DNA of 64,000 bases from an uncultured Muribaculaceae bacterium (GCA_964619545.1 CAZUED010000003.1:163-64162); one strand, 5' to 3'; positions 39,049-48,819 are shown, numbered from the stretch's first letter. Made by a program: numbers and translations. Notes: generated by a model not told the origin, from the letters alone.

Positions 39049-39114
39049 GATTGGACTTTTATATATTTTCCTTGAAAATCTAAATTTTGGATGCTAGGCT
39101 TGCAAAGCTTCGAC

Positions 39115-39191
39115 GGCGGATGTAGCTCAGTTGGTAGAGCGCCGGTTTGTGGTACCGGTTGTCGCGGGTTCGAACCCCGTCATTCGCCCCA
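39115..39191 (+). tRNA. tRNA-His (GTG) with encoded G-1
   Basis: Folded by hand. Extra 5' G paired to discriminator C73, anticodon loop TTGTGGT, CCA encoded. Confidence 0.9.
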
Positions 39192-39311
39192 TTATTAAAA
39201 AAAACCGCCGCAATTCGCGGCGGTTTTTATTTTTTACTAGATTTATCATATTTCAAGGGTTAATATGCTCGACCCAATAATTATAAGAAATAAAAAATAA
39301 AAGAGATAGAA

Positions 39312-39587
39312 ATGGCAAAAAATAAAAAAATAGATGGTTTTCGTATGCTTGTGTTAAAGAATGGACTTATAGATTTTAGTTCTACAATGAGTTTTATTTG
39401 TTTAAATTGTTCAAAGGGACAATGCGCAGGTGAATGTGAAAAAATAAAAGAGATTAAAAAAATTGAAGATATTAAAATTCAAGAAAATGATGAATTGAGT
39501 AAGGGCGATATTATATTTGATAATAGTGGTCGACTTATGAGTGTTATGAATAAGCTTTTAAATGAAAAATTACAAAATCAAAAGTAA
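39312..39587 (+). CDS. Hypothetical small protein with a C-x2-C...C-x3-C cluster
   Basis: AT-rich 91-aa ORF. It is flanked by two near-identical terminator hairpins at 39199-39236 and 39604-39640. Confidence 0.4.
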   Translation: MAKNKKIDGFRMLVLKNGLIDFSSTMSFICLNCSKGQCAGECEKIKEIKKIEDIKIQENDELSKGDIIFDNSGRLMSVMNKLLNEKLQNQK

Positions 39588-39634
39588 TAAATAACAGCTA
39601 TTAAAAAACCGCCGCAATCCGCGGCGGTTTTTAT

Positions 39635-40519
39635 TTATGACTCTCGGGTAATCATATAATCCATCAACTCTCGCAAATCGTCTGCGCGGTTATCAAAAAT
39701 GCTTAAGGCTGACTTTGCATCAACCGCAAATTGCCGGGCGTACTTTCTTGCGCCGTCCAATCCGTACAGCGAAATGTATGTTGCTTTGCCCGCCGCATCA
39801 TCTTTGCGCAAAGTTTTACCCACCTTTGATTCGTCGCCAATTGCGTCCAGAATGTCATCGGTAATCTGAAAGCACAATCCCATTGCGTCGGTGAATTTCT
39901 TTAATGCTGCGCGCTGCACATCACTTGCATTTCCCAATGTTGCACCAAACATGGTGCAAGCGTTAAAGATACAACCTGTTTTCAATGATTGAATTTCATT
40001 TACTTCTTCCAATGTTTGAAAGCTTCCCGTTTCAGCCTGAACATCCATCCATTCACCTAACAGCATTCCTTCGGTCATTTGCGAAAGTATACGGGCAAGT
40101 TCCATCCGAGTTTTAAAATTATCAGAAATCTTTTCATCAGTTGCCAGGATAAAGTAAGGACGATTTAACAAATAATCGCCGCCCAGCATTCCATCACACT
40201 CTCCGAATTTAGCCCAAGCAGATGCGCGCCCACGGCGCAGCCGGTCATTATCAATGCAAGGCATATCATCGTGTATTAATGAAAAGTTATGCACCATTTC
40301 AATGCATGCACCAGCCCGCAATGCAGGTTCATAATCAACACCAAACAATTTTGCAGATTGAATACACAAGAAAGTACGCAAACGTTTACCAGCGTCCAAT
40401 GCGGAATAGCGCGCGACATTAGCGGGCGCACCAGTCCAATCGGCACGAGAACTTGGAATCATTTCATCCAATACTTTATCAACATCATTTGCTATGCGTG
40501 AAAGTTCGGTTTTAAGCAT
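39635..40519 (-). CDS. ispA: Polyprenyl (farnesyl/geranylgeranyl) diphosphate synthase
   Basis: Two DDxxD motifs (LIHDDMPCIDND and FQITDDILD). Confidence 0.9.
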   Translation of the reverse strand: MLKTELSRIANDVDKVLDEMIPSSRADWTGAPANVARYSALDAGKRLRTFLCIQSAKLFGVDYEPALRAGACIEMVHNFSLIHDDMPCIDNDRLRRGRASAWAKFGECDGMLGGDYLLNRPYFILATDEKISDNFKTRMELARILSQMTEGMLLGEWMDVQAETGSFQTLEEVNEIQSLKTGCIFNACTMFGATLGNASDVQRAALKKFTDAMGLCFQITDDILDAIGDESKVGKTLRKDDAAGKATYISLYGLDGARKYARQFAVDAKSALSIFDNRADDLRELMDYMITRES

Positions 40520-40536
40520 TTGCCCCCCCTATAATT

Positions 40537-41595
40537 TTAATTCCATCCAAATACTCGTGCAAAATCATTCCACATCGTGAATGCGAACAAAGCCATTATT
40601 AAAATCCAGCCAAATAAAATCACAAAGTCCATACCGCGACCTTGCAATTTTTTACGAATCACACCCTCGACCCCCAGAATTAAAAGATAGCCACCATCCA
40701 AAACCGGCAAAGGCAACAGATTGATGATTGCCAAGTTAACCGACAAAAGTCCGATTATTGACAGCAATGCGAAAATGCCAGAGCTCATGGCTTTGCCGCT
40801 GACCTCGGCAATAGTAATAAAGCTGCCCAATTGTTTGGAAGAACGTTCGCCAGTTATTATTTGCTTTAATACACGGACAAGGGTTTTGCTTTGCACCCAT
40901 GTTTCGCGTGCGCCGCTGTATGCGGCCTGGAAAATGTTTTTCTTTTGTAATTCAGATCTTGTTCCATCCGCGACCAAACCCCATCTGTCACCCGGTGCAA
41001 TTTTAACCTGGACCAGTGATTCGCCGCGAATCAAGACTACATCCGCATCGCGTTTACCAGCCAGTTCTTTACCTAAAATAATTTCACCCCAGTTGGTAAT
41101 TTTCGCACCATCAATTCTTGCAATAGTATCACCTGCACGCACGCCTGCAATAAATGCAGGGCTGCCCTGGATAACCTGACCAACAACTGGCAATTGTACC
41201 ATACGTGGTTTTGCTGCAAACATTGCCGTATAAATTCCCCATGCCAGAAGGAAATTCATGATAACGCCGGCCGCAACAATCAATGCTTGTTTCCAAGCTG
41301 GGACAGAAAGGTAATGACCTTTCTTTTTTGCGGCGGAAAGTTTGGCGTATTTTTTACGATCAAACATATCTTCTTGGCCATATGCCGCGCAATACCCACC
41401 AAGTGGCAAAACAGAAATTTTCCACAATGTGCCATGCTTGTCATGCCATTTAATCAGTGCAGGTCCGAATCCGATAGAAAAAGTATTAACACGAACACCC
41501 GCCCAGCGCGCGGCCAGAAAGTGTCCCAGCTCGTGAATAAATACCACGACACCCAGAACAATCAATAAAGCAATAATCATTAAAAAAATATTCAT
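40537..41595 (-). CDS. rseP: RIP metalloprotease RseP (site-2 protease)
   Basis: HELGH motif, PDZ domain and TM segments. Confidence 0.9.
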   Translation of the reverse strand: MNIFLMIIALLIVLGVVVFIHELGHFLAARWAGVRVNTFSIGFGPALIKWHDKHGTLWKISVLPLGGYCAAYGQEDMFDRKKYAKLSAAKKKGHYLSVPAWKQALIVAAGVIMNFLLAWGIYTAMFAAKPRMVQLPVVGQVIQGSPAFIAGVRAGDTIARIDGAKITNWGEIILGKELAGKRDADVVLIRGESLVQVKIAPGDRWGLVADGTRSELQKKNIFQAAYSGARETWVQSKTLVRVLKQIITGERSSKQLGSFITIAEVSGKAMSSGIFALLSIIGLLSVNLAIINLLPLPVLDGGYLLILGVEGVIRKKLQGRGMDFVILFGWILIMALFAFTMWNDFARVFGWN

Positions 41596-41617
41596 TAAAT
41601 TTTTCCTTACTTATTAT

Positions 41618-42247
41618 TTACAGCATAACCAACCAGACCAATGGCAAAACCAAAATCCAGCCATCAAAGCGATCTATAAATCCACCATGTCCCGGCAGAG
41701 ATTTTCCAAAATCATCAATGCCAATTTTACGTTTCAAAGTACTGGCAATCATTCCTCCGTATTGTGACAGCAAGGAAATTGAAATTCCAATCCACATCAG
41801 CTGGGGCATAAAAGTATCTGTTCCCAGCAAACCATAAAGTACTGCAGCGGCTGTTCCGCATGCGATACCTGCGATTTGTCCGGACCATGTTTTGTTCGGA
41901 GAAACTTTTGGCCACATTTTATCACCGCCTATTTTGCGTCCAAAAAACCAAGCACCTATGTCAGCTGCAGATATAATCAACAACAGCAGTAAAATTATCC
42001 AAGGCCGAGTACCCACAAAATAAGCACTGACACCAACCAAAATCAGCCAAGCGCCAAATGCTACGCGCAATGTGCACAACTTTTTATCCTTTATCTTCAG
42101 CATCATGGTTTCAAGAATCATAATTGCAACAACCAATGGCGCCAAATAACGTACAACAGGAATTCCATAGTGTTCGGCAATCCCCGCGCCCAATGCAGCC
42201 AAGAACATTGCACCGCCGGTTAAAATTCTTTTCAAGGTATTAGTCAT
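41618..42247 (-). CDS. cdsA: Phosphatidate cytidylyltransferase
   Basis: C-terminal signature PGHGGFIDRFDG. Confidence 0.9.
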   Translation of the reverse strand: MTNTLKRILTGGAMFLAALGAGIAEHYGIPVVRYLAPLVVAIMILETMMLKIKDKKLCTLRVAFGAWLILVGVSAYFVGTRPWIILLLLLIISAADIGAWFFGRKIGGDKMWPKVSPNKTWSGQIAGIACGTAAAVLYGLLGTDTFMPQLMWIGISISLLSQYGGMIASTLKRKIGIDDFGKSLPGHGGFIDRFDGWILVLPLVWLVML

Positions 42248-42259
42248 TATATTTTCTCC

Positions 42260-42958
42260 TTATTTTCCAAATCTTCTTTGTCTGTCAGAGTATTCATCCA
42301 GCATTTTCTGAAAATCGCGTTTACCCAGTGCAGGCCAGTATTTTGGATAAAACATCAGCTCGGCATATGCCAGCTTCCACAGCATGAAATTAGAAATGCG
42401 TTGTTCATGACTGGTTCGGACAACCAAATCAATTGGCAATAATTCGCCCGAATCCATAAAACACTCCAAGTCATCTATATTAACAGAATTTCCATCAGCA
42501 ATCGCAGCATTCACAGCGCGTAAAATTTCGTCTTGGCCACCATAATCCAGTGCCATTACGATTGTGCCTGCTGTATTTTCAGATGTTTGTTTTTCTATTT
42601 TCTCAAAAATTTTGATGACTTTCGCAGAAAACCTGTCACGACGCCCTATAATTTTGACACGAATGTTTTTTTTATCAGCGCGGTCCGCATGCTGCTGCAA
42701 TTCTGCCGCTAGTAAATTCATCAAGTATTCTACTTCATTTTTTGGGCGCAGCCAATTTTCCGTAGAAAATAAAAAATAGCTGACCGTTGAAACGCCGCAT
42801 CCAATAAAAAACTCGGCCGACTTATCAACAATGTCAGCGCCCACTTTATATCCTGCAACAGCTGGTATTCCGCGATGCTTTGCCCAGCGGCGATTACCAT
42901 CGCATATAAACGCGATATGCTGTGGTATTTTGAGTTTTTTCTTTTTTATAAAAAACAT
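42260..42958 (-). CDS. uppS: Undecaprenyl diphosphate synthase
   Basis: DGNRRWA motif. Confidence 0.95.
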   Translation of the reverse strand: MFFIKKKKLKIPQHIAFICDGNRRWAKHRGIPAVAGYKVGADIVDKSAEFFIGCGVSTVSYFLFSTENWLRPKNEVEYLMNLLAAELQQHADRADKKNIRVKIIGRRDRFSAKVIKIFEKIEKQTSENTAGTIVMALDYGGQDEILRAVNAAIADGNSVNIDDLECFMDSGELLPIDLVVRTSHEQRISNFMLWKLAYAELMFYPKYWPALGKRDFQKMLDEYSDRQRRFGK

Positions 42959-43057
42959 GAACTTTCCTTACTCCGGCAATTTTATATTGTCAAATGGCAA
43001 AAAACAAGTTCTTTTAATCCTTGAAAAGCAAACTATAAATTGCTAGATTGCACAGCG

Positions 43058-45364
43058 ATGAAAAAACCATTATTTGTTATTCTGGGTATATTATCCTTTA
43101 TACCTGTATCTCACGCTGAAATAATTTCGCGGGTGGATGTCGTCGGCAATCGCCGAATGGACGCAGAATCCGTGCGATTACTTGCCGATGTCAAGACTGG
43201 TCAGAACTTGACCACCGAGGGCGTAAATCAGGCTGTAAAGCGTCTGCAGCAGTCTGGCTATTTTTCCAGTGTTCGTGCGCAAATAGATAATGGAGTTCTT
43301 AAAATAAATGTATCGGAATCACCAACTATAGACAAAGTAACAATCGAGGGTAATGACGATATTTCAACAGATGATTTACGAAAAGAACTGCGATTGAAAG
43401 AGCGTGGCACATTCGATGAATCGGTAATTGGCGCAGATGTTCAACGGATTTTGATGGTCTATCAACGTAAGGGATTTTTCGGAACACGTGTAAATCCACA
43501 AAAAATAGAGCAGGCTGATGGCCGCGTAAATGTTGTCTATGAAATTACCGAGGGGCATCCGACTTATGTGAAAGAAATTGATTTTAATGGGAATAAAAAG
43601 TTTTCATCAAGAACACTAAGGGGTGAGTTGCTATCGCGTGAGCATGCTTGGTGGCGCTTTATGTCACAATTTGATGTGTATGACGAAGATCGGATTCAAT
43701 ACGATGCCCAGTTGTTGCGGCAGTTTTACATGCGTAATGGATTTGCCGATGTTCAAGTTAAAATAGCAAGGGGGGCATTTACACCAGATCGTCAGTATTA
43801 TTCTGTTGTTTTCCAAGTAGAAGAGGGTGCGCGTTACAAGGTTGGAACACTGAAAATAGAAAATCCGTTCAAAGATGTTGATAACGAAGATTTGTATGAT
43901 GCATTGAAAATTGGCAAAGGTGACATTTATAATGTTGATCAGGTCGAGGCAACTATCGCTGCATTACGTGGTGTTGTTGCGGGCAGTGGATACTCTTTCA
44001 TAAACGTTGATGTTGTGCCAGAAAAAGATGATTTTGCGCGGACAATTTCTATGACTTTCAAGATTCAGAAAACGAATCGAATTTATTTGGACAGCATAAA
44101 CATACTGGGAAATGTCCGAACATTTGACAGCGTCATAGATCAACAGCTGGGTATTCGTGCAGGCGACCCGTTTTCATTACAGGAAATAGAGGCTGGTCGC
44201 CAAAGAATGATGCGTTCTCGTTATTATAAAGACGTCCAGATGATTCCATCACGCGTTGCAGATGCAAACTTGATGAATTTGGATGTTCAGATTGAAGAAC
44301 AGCCGACCGGTGAATTATCCGGCGGAGTTGGTTGGTCCAGCATCAATGGCTTTATGGTTGATGCAGGAATTACTGAAACTAACTTTATGGGTCGTGGTCA
44401 GATAGTTCAGTTAAAGGGAAGTCTTGCGCAATATACAAAACAAGCCACTTTTAGCTTTACCGAGCCATATCTATTTGGGCGTGAACTTTCCGCCGGATTT
44501 GATGTAAATTACACGGTTTATAATTATGGTAAATTGGGCAGCTATGGATACGATCGGGACAGCATCAGTGTAGCTGGAAGACTGGGGTGGAAACTGACAG
44601 ATCACTGGACCCAGGGATTGCGTTTGTCTGCAATGTATGATCAGAACTATGATTTGCATGCAACCAATGGTTGGCAACAAGCAAATCTGTATACTTTGGG
44701 GACAAATTTCAAGTATCAAAATTTGGATACGGATTTTACGCAAAATACTCATACTGGTGTGGTTGCAAATTTGGGAGTTGCTTATACTGGATTTGGTATC
44801 AGTACAGAACCATTTATGCGATATAACGGCGACATTACTGGTCTGTTGAATTTCTTTGATAACAGGTGGCAGTTAAAATCAAGTTTGGAATTTGGATATG
44901 TTCAACCACTGGATGGCGATTATATCAGTCGCGTGTATCGTTATTTCTTGGGCGGTGAATCTTTACGTGGTTTCCAAATTGCCGGGATGGGTTCCAGAAA
45001 TTGGGCTTATCAGAATTATGCGCTGGGTGGATTATGGAAGGCAAATGGCAGTACCCAATTAAATTTCCCGGTATTTATTCCTGATGAATACCAGGTTAAG
45101 GGTTTTGTCTTTGCGGACTATGGTATGGTTGGCAAGCCACCAAAAGATGAGTATAAATACCGTCCAACAATAGGGTATTCCTGTCCAGCATCAAACCCAG
45201 GATGTGATAACTTTATCGATCAGGATTTACGCACTAGCGTTGGTGTTGGCGTGTATTGGAATACACCGATGGGGCCGATGAATTTTTCATGGGGTTGGCC
45301 GCTGAAGCTGAATGAATACGACCGAGAACAAAGATTTTTGCTATCATTTGAAACTCAGTTTTAA
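43058..45364 (+). CDS. bamA: Outer membrane protein assembly factor BamA
   Basis: POTRA repeats and a C-terminal beta-barrel. The ATG at 43058 precedes the signal peptide; the track start is a TTG. Confidence 0.95.
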   Translation: MKKPLFVILGILSFIPVSHAEIISRVDVVGNRRMDAESVRLLADVKTGQNLTTEGVNQAVKRLQQSGYFSSVRAQIDNGVLKINVSESPTIDKVTIEGNDDISTDDLRKELRLKERGTFDESVIGADVQRILMVYQRKGFFGTRVNPQKIEQADGRVNVVYEITEGHPTYVKEIDFNGNKKFSSRTLRGELLSREHAWWRFMSQFDVYDEDRIQYDAQLLRQFYMRNGFADVQVKIARGAFTPDRQYYSVVFQVEEGARYKVGTLKIENPFKDVDNEDLYDALKIGKGDIYNVDQVEATIAALRGVVAGSGYSFINVDVVPEKDDFARTISMTFKIQKTNRIYLDSINILGNVRTFDSVIDQQLGIRAGDPFSLQEIEAGRQRMMRSRYYKDVQMIPSRVADANLMNLDVQIEEQPTGELSGGVGWSSINGFMVDAGITETNFMGRGQIVQLKGSLAQYTKQATFSFTEPYLFGRELSAGFDVNYTVYNYGKLGSYGYDRDSISVAGRLGWKLTDHWTQGLRLSAMYDQNYDLHATNGWQQANLYTLGTNFKYQNLDTDFTQNTHTGVVANLGVAYTGFGISTEPFMRYNGDITGLLNFFDNRWQLKSSLEFGYVQPLDGDYISRVYRYFLGGESLRGFQIAGMGSRNWAYQNYALGGLWKANGSTQLNFPVFIPDEYQVKGFVFADYGMVGKPPKDEYKYRPTIGYSCPASNPGCDNFIDQDLRTSVGVGVYWNTPMGPMNFSWGWPLKLNEYDREQRFLLSFETQF

Positions 45365-45366
45365 GC

Positions 45367-45396
45367 TTGACTATCCGCGTTAAAATTCTTTATAAT
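45367..45396 (+). promoter_or_regulatory. Sigma70-like promoter
   Basis: TTGACT, 18-nt spacer, TATAAT. Confidence 0.45.
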
Positions 45397-45423
45397 TTTT
45401 GATGAAAAGATAAAGGTGGGAAG

Positions 45424-45570
45424 ATGAAAAAAATTCTTTTGGGTTTGTTGGTTGTTTTCGCATTGGCTGGATGCGGGCAAGTTTATGATCGTGAACCAGT
45501 TGGTGTCGGATTTGACAATAATGAATTAAAATTATCTCCTTGCGCATGCATGCAGGTCTATCGCGCATAA
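45424..45570 (+). CDS. Putative small lipoprotein (48 aa, MKKILLGLLVVFALAGCG...)
   Basis: Not in the track. RBS AAGGTGGG, lipobox LAGC, and the promoter just upstream. Confidence 0.5.
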   Translation: MKKILLGLLVVFALAGCGQVYDREPVGVGFDNNELKLSPCACMQVYRA

Positions 45571-45582
45571 AGGCGCGAACTG

Positions 45583-46275
45583 GTGAGCGTCATGGATTTT
45601 CCGGCAGATTATGATACAAAGATGTTTCCGGAAACACGCTACCTTGGGATGGCGCGGGCTTTTGCGATTTGGTCCGCGATTTTGTTTTTATTAATTGCTG
45701 GACTTTCTTGGGCATTGGTTTGGACGATGCGTGCCAGCAGGGTAGAACCTGTTTTGGTTTCAATTTCTGCCGATGGTGCAACTTGGACGGCAGTATTGGA
45801 CGGAACAGGTCGCTTAAATTATTCTGTATCGCGCGCAATGCAAGAGGCAACAGTCGGAAAATTCACAAAACTTTGGTTCAGTATTTCGCGTGATGCAAAA
45901 GAAAATGAATCTAACTGGTGTCAATGCGAACAAACAAAATGTTGGGATGACGATGCGGCTGCGCCGCAGTGCAAAGTTTGTTGCGCTTCGGGCACCAGTT
46001 TATTTTCTAATTTCTTACAAGTTGTGAATGGTGACTTTCGTGAGCGGGCCGCGGCCGGCGAAGAATGGTCGATTGTTTCTGATTCGATTCGTGCAACACC
46101 TGTGGGTGAAATCTCTGACAATGGTGGATTATGGCGTGTTACTGCCAGTGTGAAAATGGGCGCGGGTCGGACGCAAAAGATAGAGGCGTTTGCACGTATC
46201 ATCAAAGCATCCGAAGGCTATCCATCAACAATGGGTTATTATGTCGCAGATTTTCATGCATATCCCGGGGAATAA
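45583..46275 (+). CDS. Hypothetical membrane-anchored periplasmic protein
   Basis: Single N-terminal TM segment and a ~180-aa exported domain with a Cys cluster (WCQCEQTKCW...CKVCC). Confidence 0.55.
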   Translation: MSVMDFPADYDTKMFPETRYLGMARAFAIWSAILFLLIAGLSWALVWTMRASRVEPVLVSISADGATWTAVLDGTGRLNYSVSRAMQEATVGKFTKLWFSISRDAKENESNWCQCEQTKCWDDDAAAPQCKVCCASGTSLFSNFLQVVNGDFRERAAAGEEWSIVSDSIRATPVGEISDNGGLWRVTASVKMGAGRTQKIEAFARIIKASEGYPSTMGYYVADFHAYPGE

Positions 46276-46283
46276 AAAATTAA

Positions 46284-46934
46284 ATGAAAACACTAGTATC
46301 ATTTTTTTTCGGAATTATTTTGATGGCTTTGGTCTTGGCTATTGCACTAACGGGCGGCAAGTCATTTGATGCCAGTCGAAATTTTTCTATAAATTCTGTA
46401 ATTTTTCAGCCTGCGGATTTATCGCGAGATCGGATTGAAAAGCCAATACCACTGGATGTTTTATCAGACGAGTTTGTGCGCGACAGCCTGATAAAAAAAT
46501 TTGTGAACGAGTATTTTTACATAGCGCCAGATAGCTTTGATATGGCGCGTCGTAGAAGAACAGACAGCACACTTGCAAGAATGTCCGATCCCGCAGTATT
46601 TGATCAATGGAATGAAAAGTTTGCCGAAGATATGGAAAATCTGGCAGATCAAAATGTAATGCGTCGGGTTATTGTAAATAGCATTAATCTGCCAGCTAAC
46701 AGCGAGTATTTCCAAGTGTCATATGACTTGCTGACATGGGATGTTGCGAACGACATCACTCGTCAGCCATTAATCCAAAAAAACAAATCAATGTCTGTTC
46801 GATTGGATTTCGAAAAAGGGGTTCGGCAACAGCAAACAAACGGCGCACGTTTTGATGTAAAAAAATATTTGGTTGATGGTGGTGATCCTGCTACAATTTT
46901 CAGATTCCGAGTGTTGGAAGTAGTTGTGAAATAA
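46284..46934 (+). CDS. Hypothetical membrane-anchored periplasmic protein
   Basis: Single N-terminal TM segment and a ~190-aa exported domain. Confidence 0.55.
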   Translation: MKTLVSFFFGIILMALVLAIALTGGKSFDASRNFSINSVIFQPADLSRDRIEKPIPLDVLSDEFVRDSLIKKFVNEYFYIAPDSFDMARRRRTDSTLARMSDPAVFDQWNEKFAEDMENLADQNVMRRVIVNSINLPANSEYFQVSYDLLTWDVANDITRQPLIQKNKSMSVRLDFEKGVRQQQTNGARFDVKKYLVDGGDPATIFRFRVLEVVVK

Positions 46935-46944
46935 GGGATAAATA

Positions 46945-47805
46945 ATGATGGTTGAAGTAAAAATACTTTTTAGAAAATTAATTAAATCGCTGGTGATAAT
47001 TGGTGTTGCCTTCATCCTTAATCCCTCATCCTTCATCCTTTCTGCGCAAGCTGCGGAAGAGGCGGATCCATTCATAATAAATGCGGCGCTGGGCGAAGAT
47101 GCGAAATTGCCAGATGCAAAAATTTCCGCACCCGAGCCAGTTCAGTTTGATACAGCGCCATTACCACTTAATGATGGCGCAGGCTTTTATGATGTTTCTG
47201 ACTTTGACATTTCGGGCATATATTTGGGTATGCCTTTCGAGGATGTTCAAACTTTGTTTTTCAAAAGCCATTCTCTTTATACGCCACTGAAAAATAATTC
47301 TATAATTTATACATTGGCAGGTGATTGGCGTATTAATTTGGACTATGAATGTCGCCAGCAAGGTATAGTTGTTCCAGCTGGTTTGGAAAATTGCATTTTG
47401 TCTGCGGCGCGAAAACGCGGATTGTTGTACCCGGCCCAGCTTCGTCTGATACGTGAATCCACTGGTGAAACGATAGACATTTATTTTACTAGCAATGCTA
47501 CAGATAACGTGGTTTGGCGGGTAGTATATAAAAATGATGTAAATGATTTAGAAGGCGCGGCAGAAAAGTTTTCGCGTCAACGGGATAATAAAATTTTGTC
47601 TTTTTGGCAGGATGTTGTCGATAAATACGGCCAGCCAAACAGCGGAAATGATAAATGGGCATCCAGTGATAATTCTTTTGATCCGATGCTGACGGCATAC
47701 TATGGCATGCTGGATTTGACCGACCAAGGCTTGATGGCGTCTGATGCAGCAAAGAATGTATCCGATGCGCGTGAAAATTTCCGGGCAAAACCTTATGCGT
47801 TCTAA
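46945..47805 (+). CDS. Hypothetical secreted protein
   Basis: ORF with a signal peptide. Confidence 0.55.
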   Translation: MMVEVKILFRKLIKSLVIIGVAFILNPSSFILSAQAAEEADPFIINAALGEDAKLPDAKISAPEPVQFDTAPLPLNDGAGFYDVSDFDISGIYLGMPFEDVQTLFFKSHSLYTPLKNNSIIYTLAGDWRINLDYECRQQGIVVPAGLENCILSAARKRGLLYPAQLRLIRESTGETIDIYFTSNATDNVVWRVVYKNDVNDLEGAAEKFSRQRDNKILSFWQDVVDKYGQPNSGNDKWASSDNSFDPMLTAYYGMLDLTDQGLMASDAAKNVSDARENFRAKPYAF

Positions 47806-48145
47806 AAACACTTATCGCGCGGGACTTTTTGCTGAGTTTTTGGCACGAGTTTATTTGCGTATTCATGGATTCAGTATTGTAAAATCCAGATACATAACGG
47901 GTCAACATACCAAACGTGCAGAAATTGATATAATTGCAATACGCGGAAATTTAATTGCGTTTATAGAGGTTAAAAATCGACCAAATGTCCGCACTGCATT
48001 TGATGCGATCGGTCATACCCAGGCGTTAAGGTTGCGACGTGCCGCCGAAACATGGATTGCAAAAAATCGTTGGCATGGTGATGCCAGATTTGATGTAATA
48101 GTTGTAACCCGTTTACATATTCGGTGGTTTAAAAACGCTTTGTAA
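47795..48145 (+). CDS. yraN: YraN/UPF0102 family endonuclease
   Basis: YRAGLFAEFLARVYL...EIDIIA...FIEVKNR. Start taken at MRSKNTY. Confidence 0.8.
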   Translation: MRSKNTYRAGLFAEFLARVYLRIHGFSIVKSRYITGQHTKRAEIDIIAIRGNLIAFIEVKNRPNVRTAFDAIGHTQALRLRRAAETWIAKNRWHGDARFDVIVVTRLHIRWFKNAL

Positions 48146-48228
48146 AATAAAATTTACATAATGGGTTTTTTAGTTTATAATTGCCCTGTTCTGCCAAGGC
48201 AGTTCTAAACCAATAAAGGAGAAAATAA

Positions 48229-48378
48229 ATGAAAAAAGCATTATTGTTGGGATTTGCAGTTTTAACATTGGCTGCTTGCACAGGTTCTTATAAATCTGGA
48301 AATTGCGAATATGATTTCTTGCTGCACAAAGACATCTCGATTTCCAAAGTAATTGGCAACGCAACAGGCGGCTGCTAA
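48229..48378 (+). CDS. Putative small lipoprotein (49 aa, MKKALLLGFAVLTLAACTG...)
   Basis: Not in the track. RBS AAAGGAG and lipobox LAAC, with a terminator following. Confidence 0.5.
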   Translation: MKKALLLGFAVLTLAACTGSYKSGNCEYDFLLHKDISISKVIGNATGGC

Positions 48379-48419
48379 AAATTAGAATAAATAAAACGCG
48401 GCGGTTGCCGCGTTTTATT

Positions 48420-48704
48420 TTATCACTGCTGATTTTATCAAGGATAAGTCTTCTTTAATTCCGTCTATTTTTAATTGCAGCTGACCAATACCCGATTCCA
48501 GAATTGTTGTTCTGTTTTCCAGCGTGGTTATGCGGGCATCAGATTTTTTATTTTTTCCATCTCTTCGTTTGACAGCATAGATTGCATATCAAATGCAGCT
48601 GCAATAAAAGATTGTTCTTGAATATCGTATGGGTTGGAAGTTTTTTTGTCAGCCAATTTCTTTTCAACAACTGCTATCAATTCTTTTTTATGTTTTTCAA
48701 ACAT
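48420..48704 (-). pseudogene. Disrupted coiled-coil protein gene, interrupted in a poly-A run
   Basis: MFEKHKKELIAVVEKKLADKK...EKIKN (58 aa) stops inside GAAAAAATAAAAAAT. The open frame continues in another frame (ITTLENRTTILESGIGQLQLKIDGIKEDLSLIKSAVIK). There is also an upstream in-frame TGA. Confidence 0.35.
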
Positions 48705-48819
48705 CCGAGTGGCATTTATAGATTCTGCAACTTTTTTTCAATCATCTGTAAGCACTAATGGCATAATTCATCCTTTGTAGTACAGGTCAATTATACTTTT
48801 AAATAATGAGTTTTCAATA

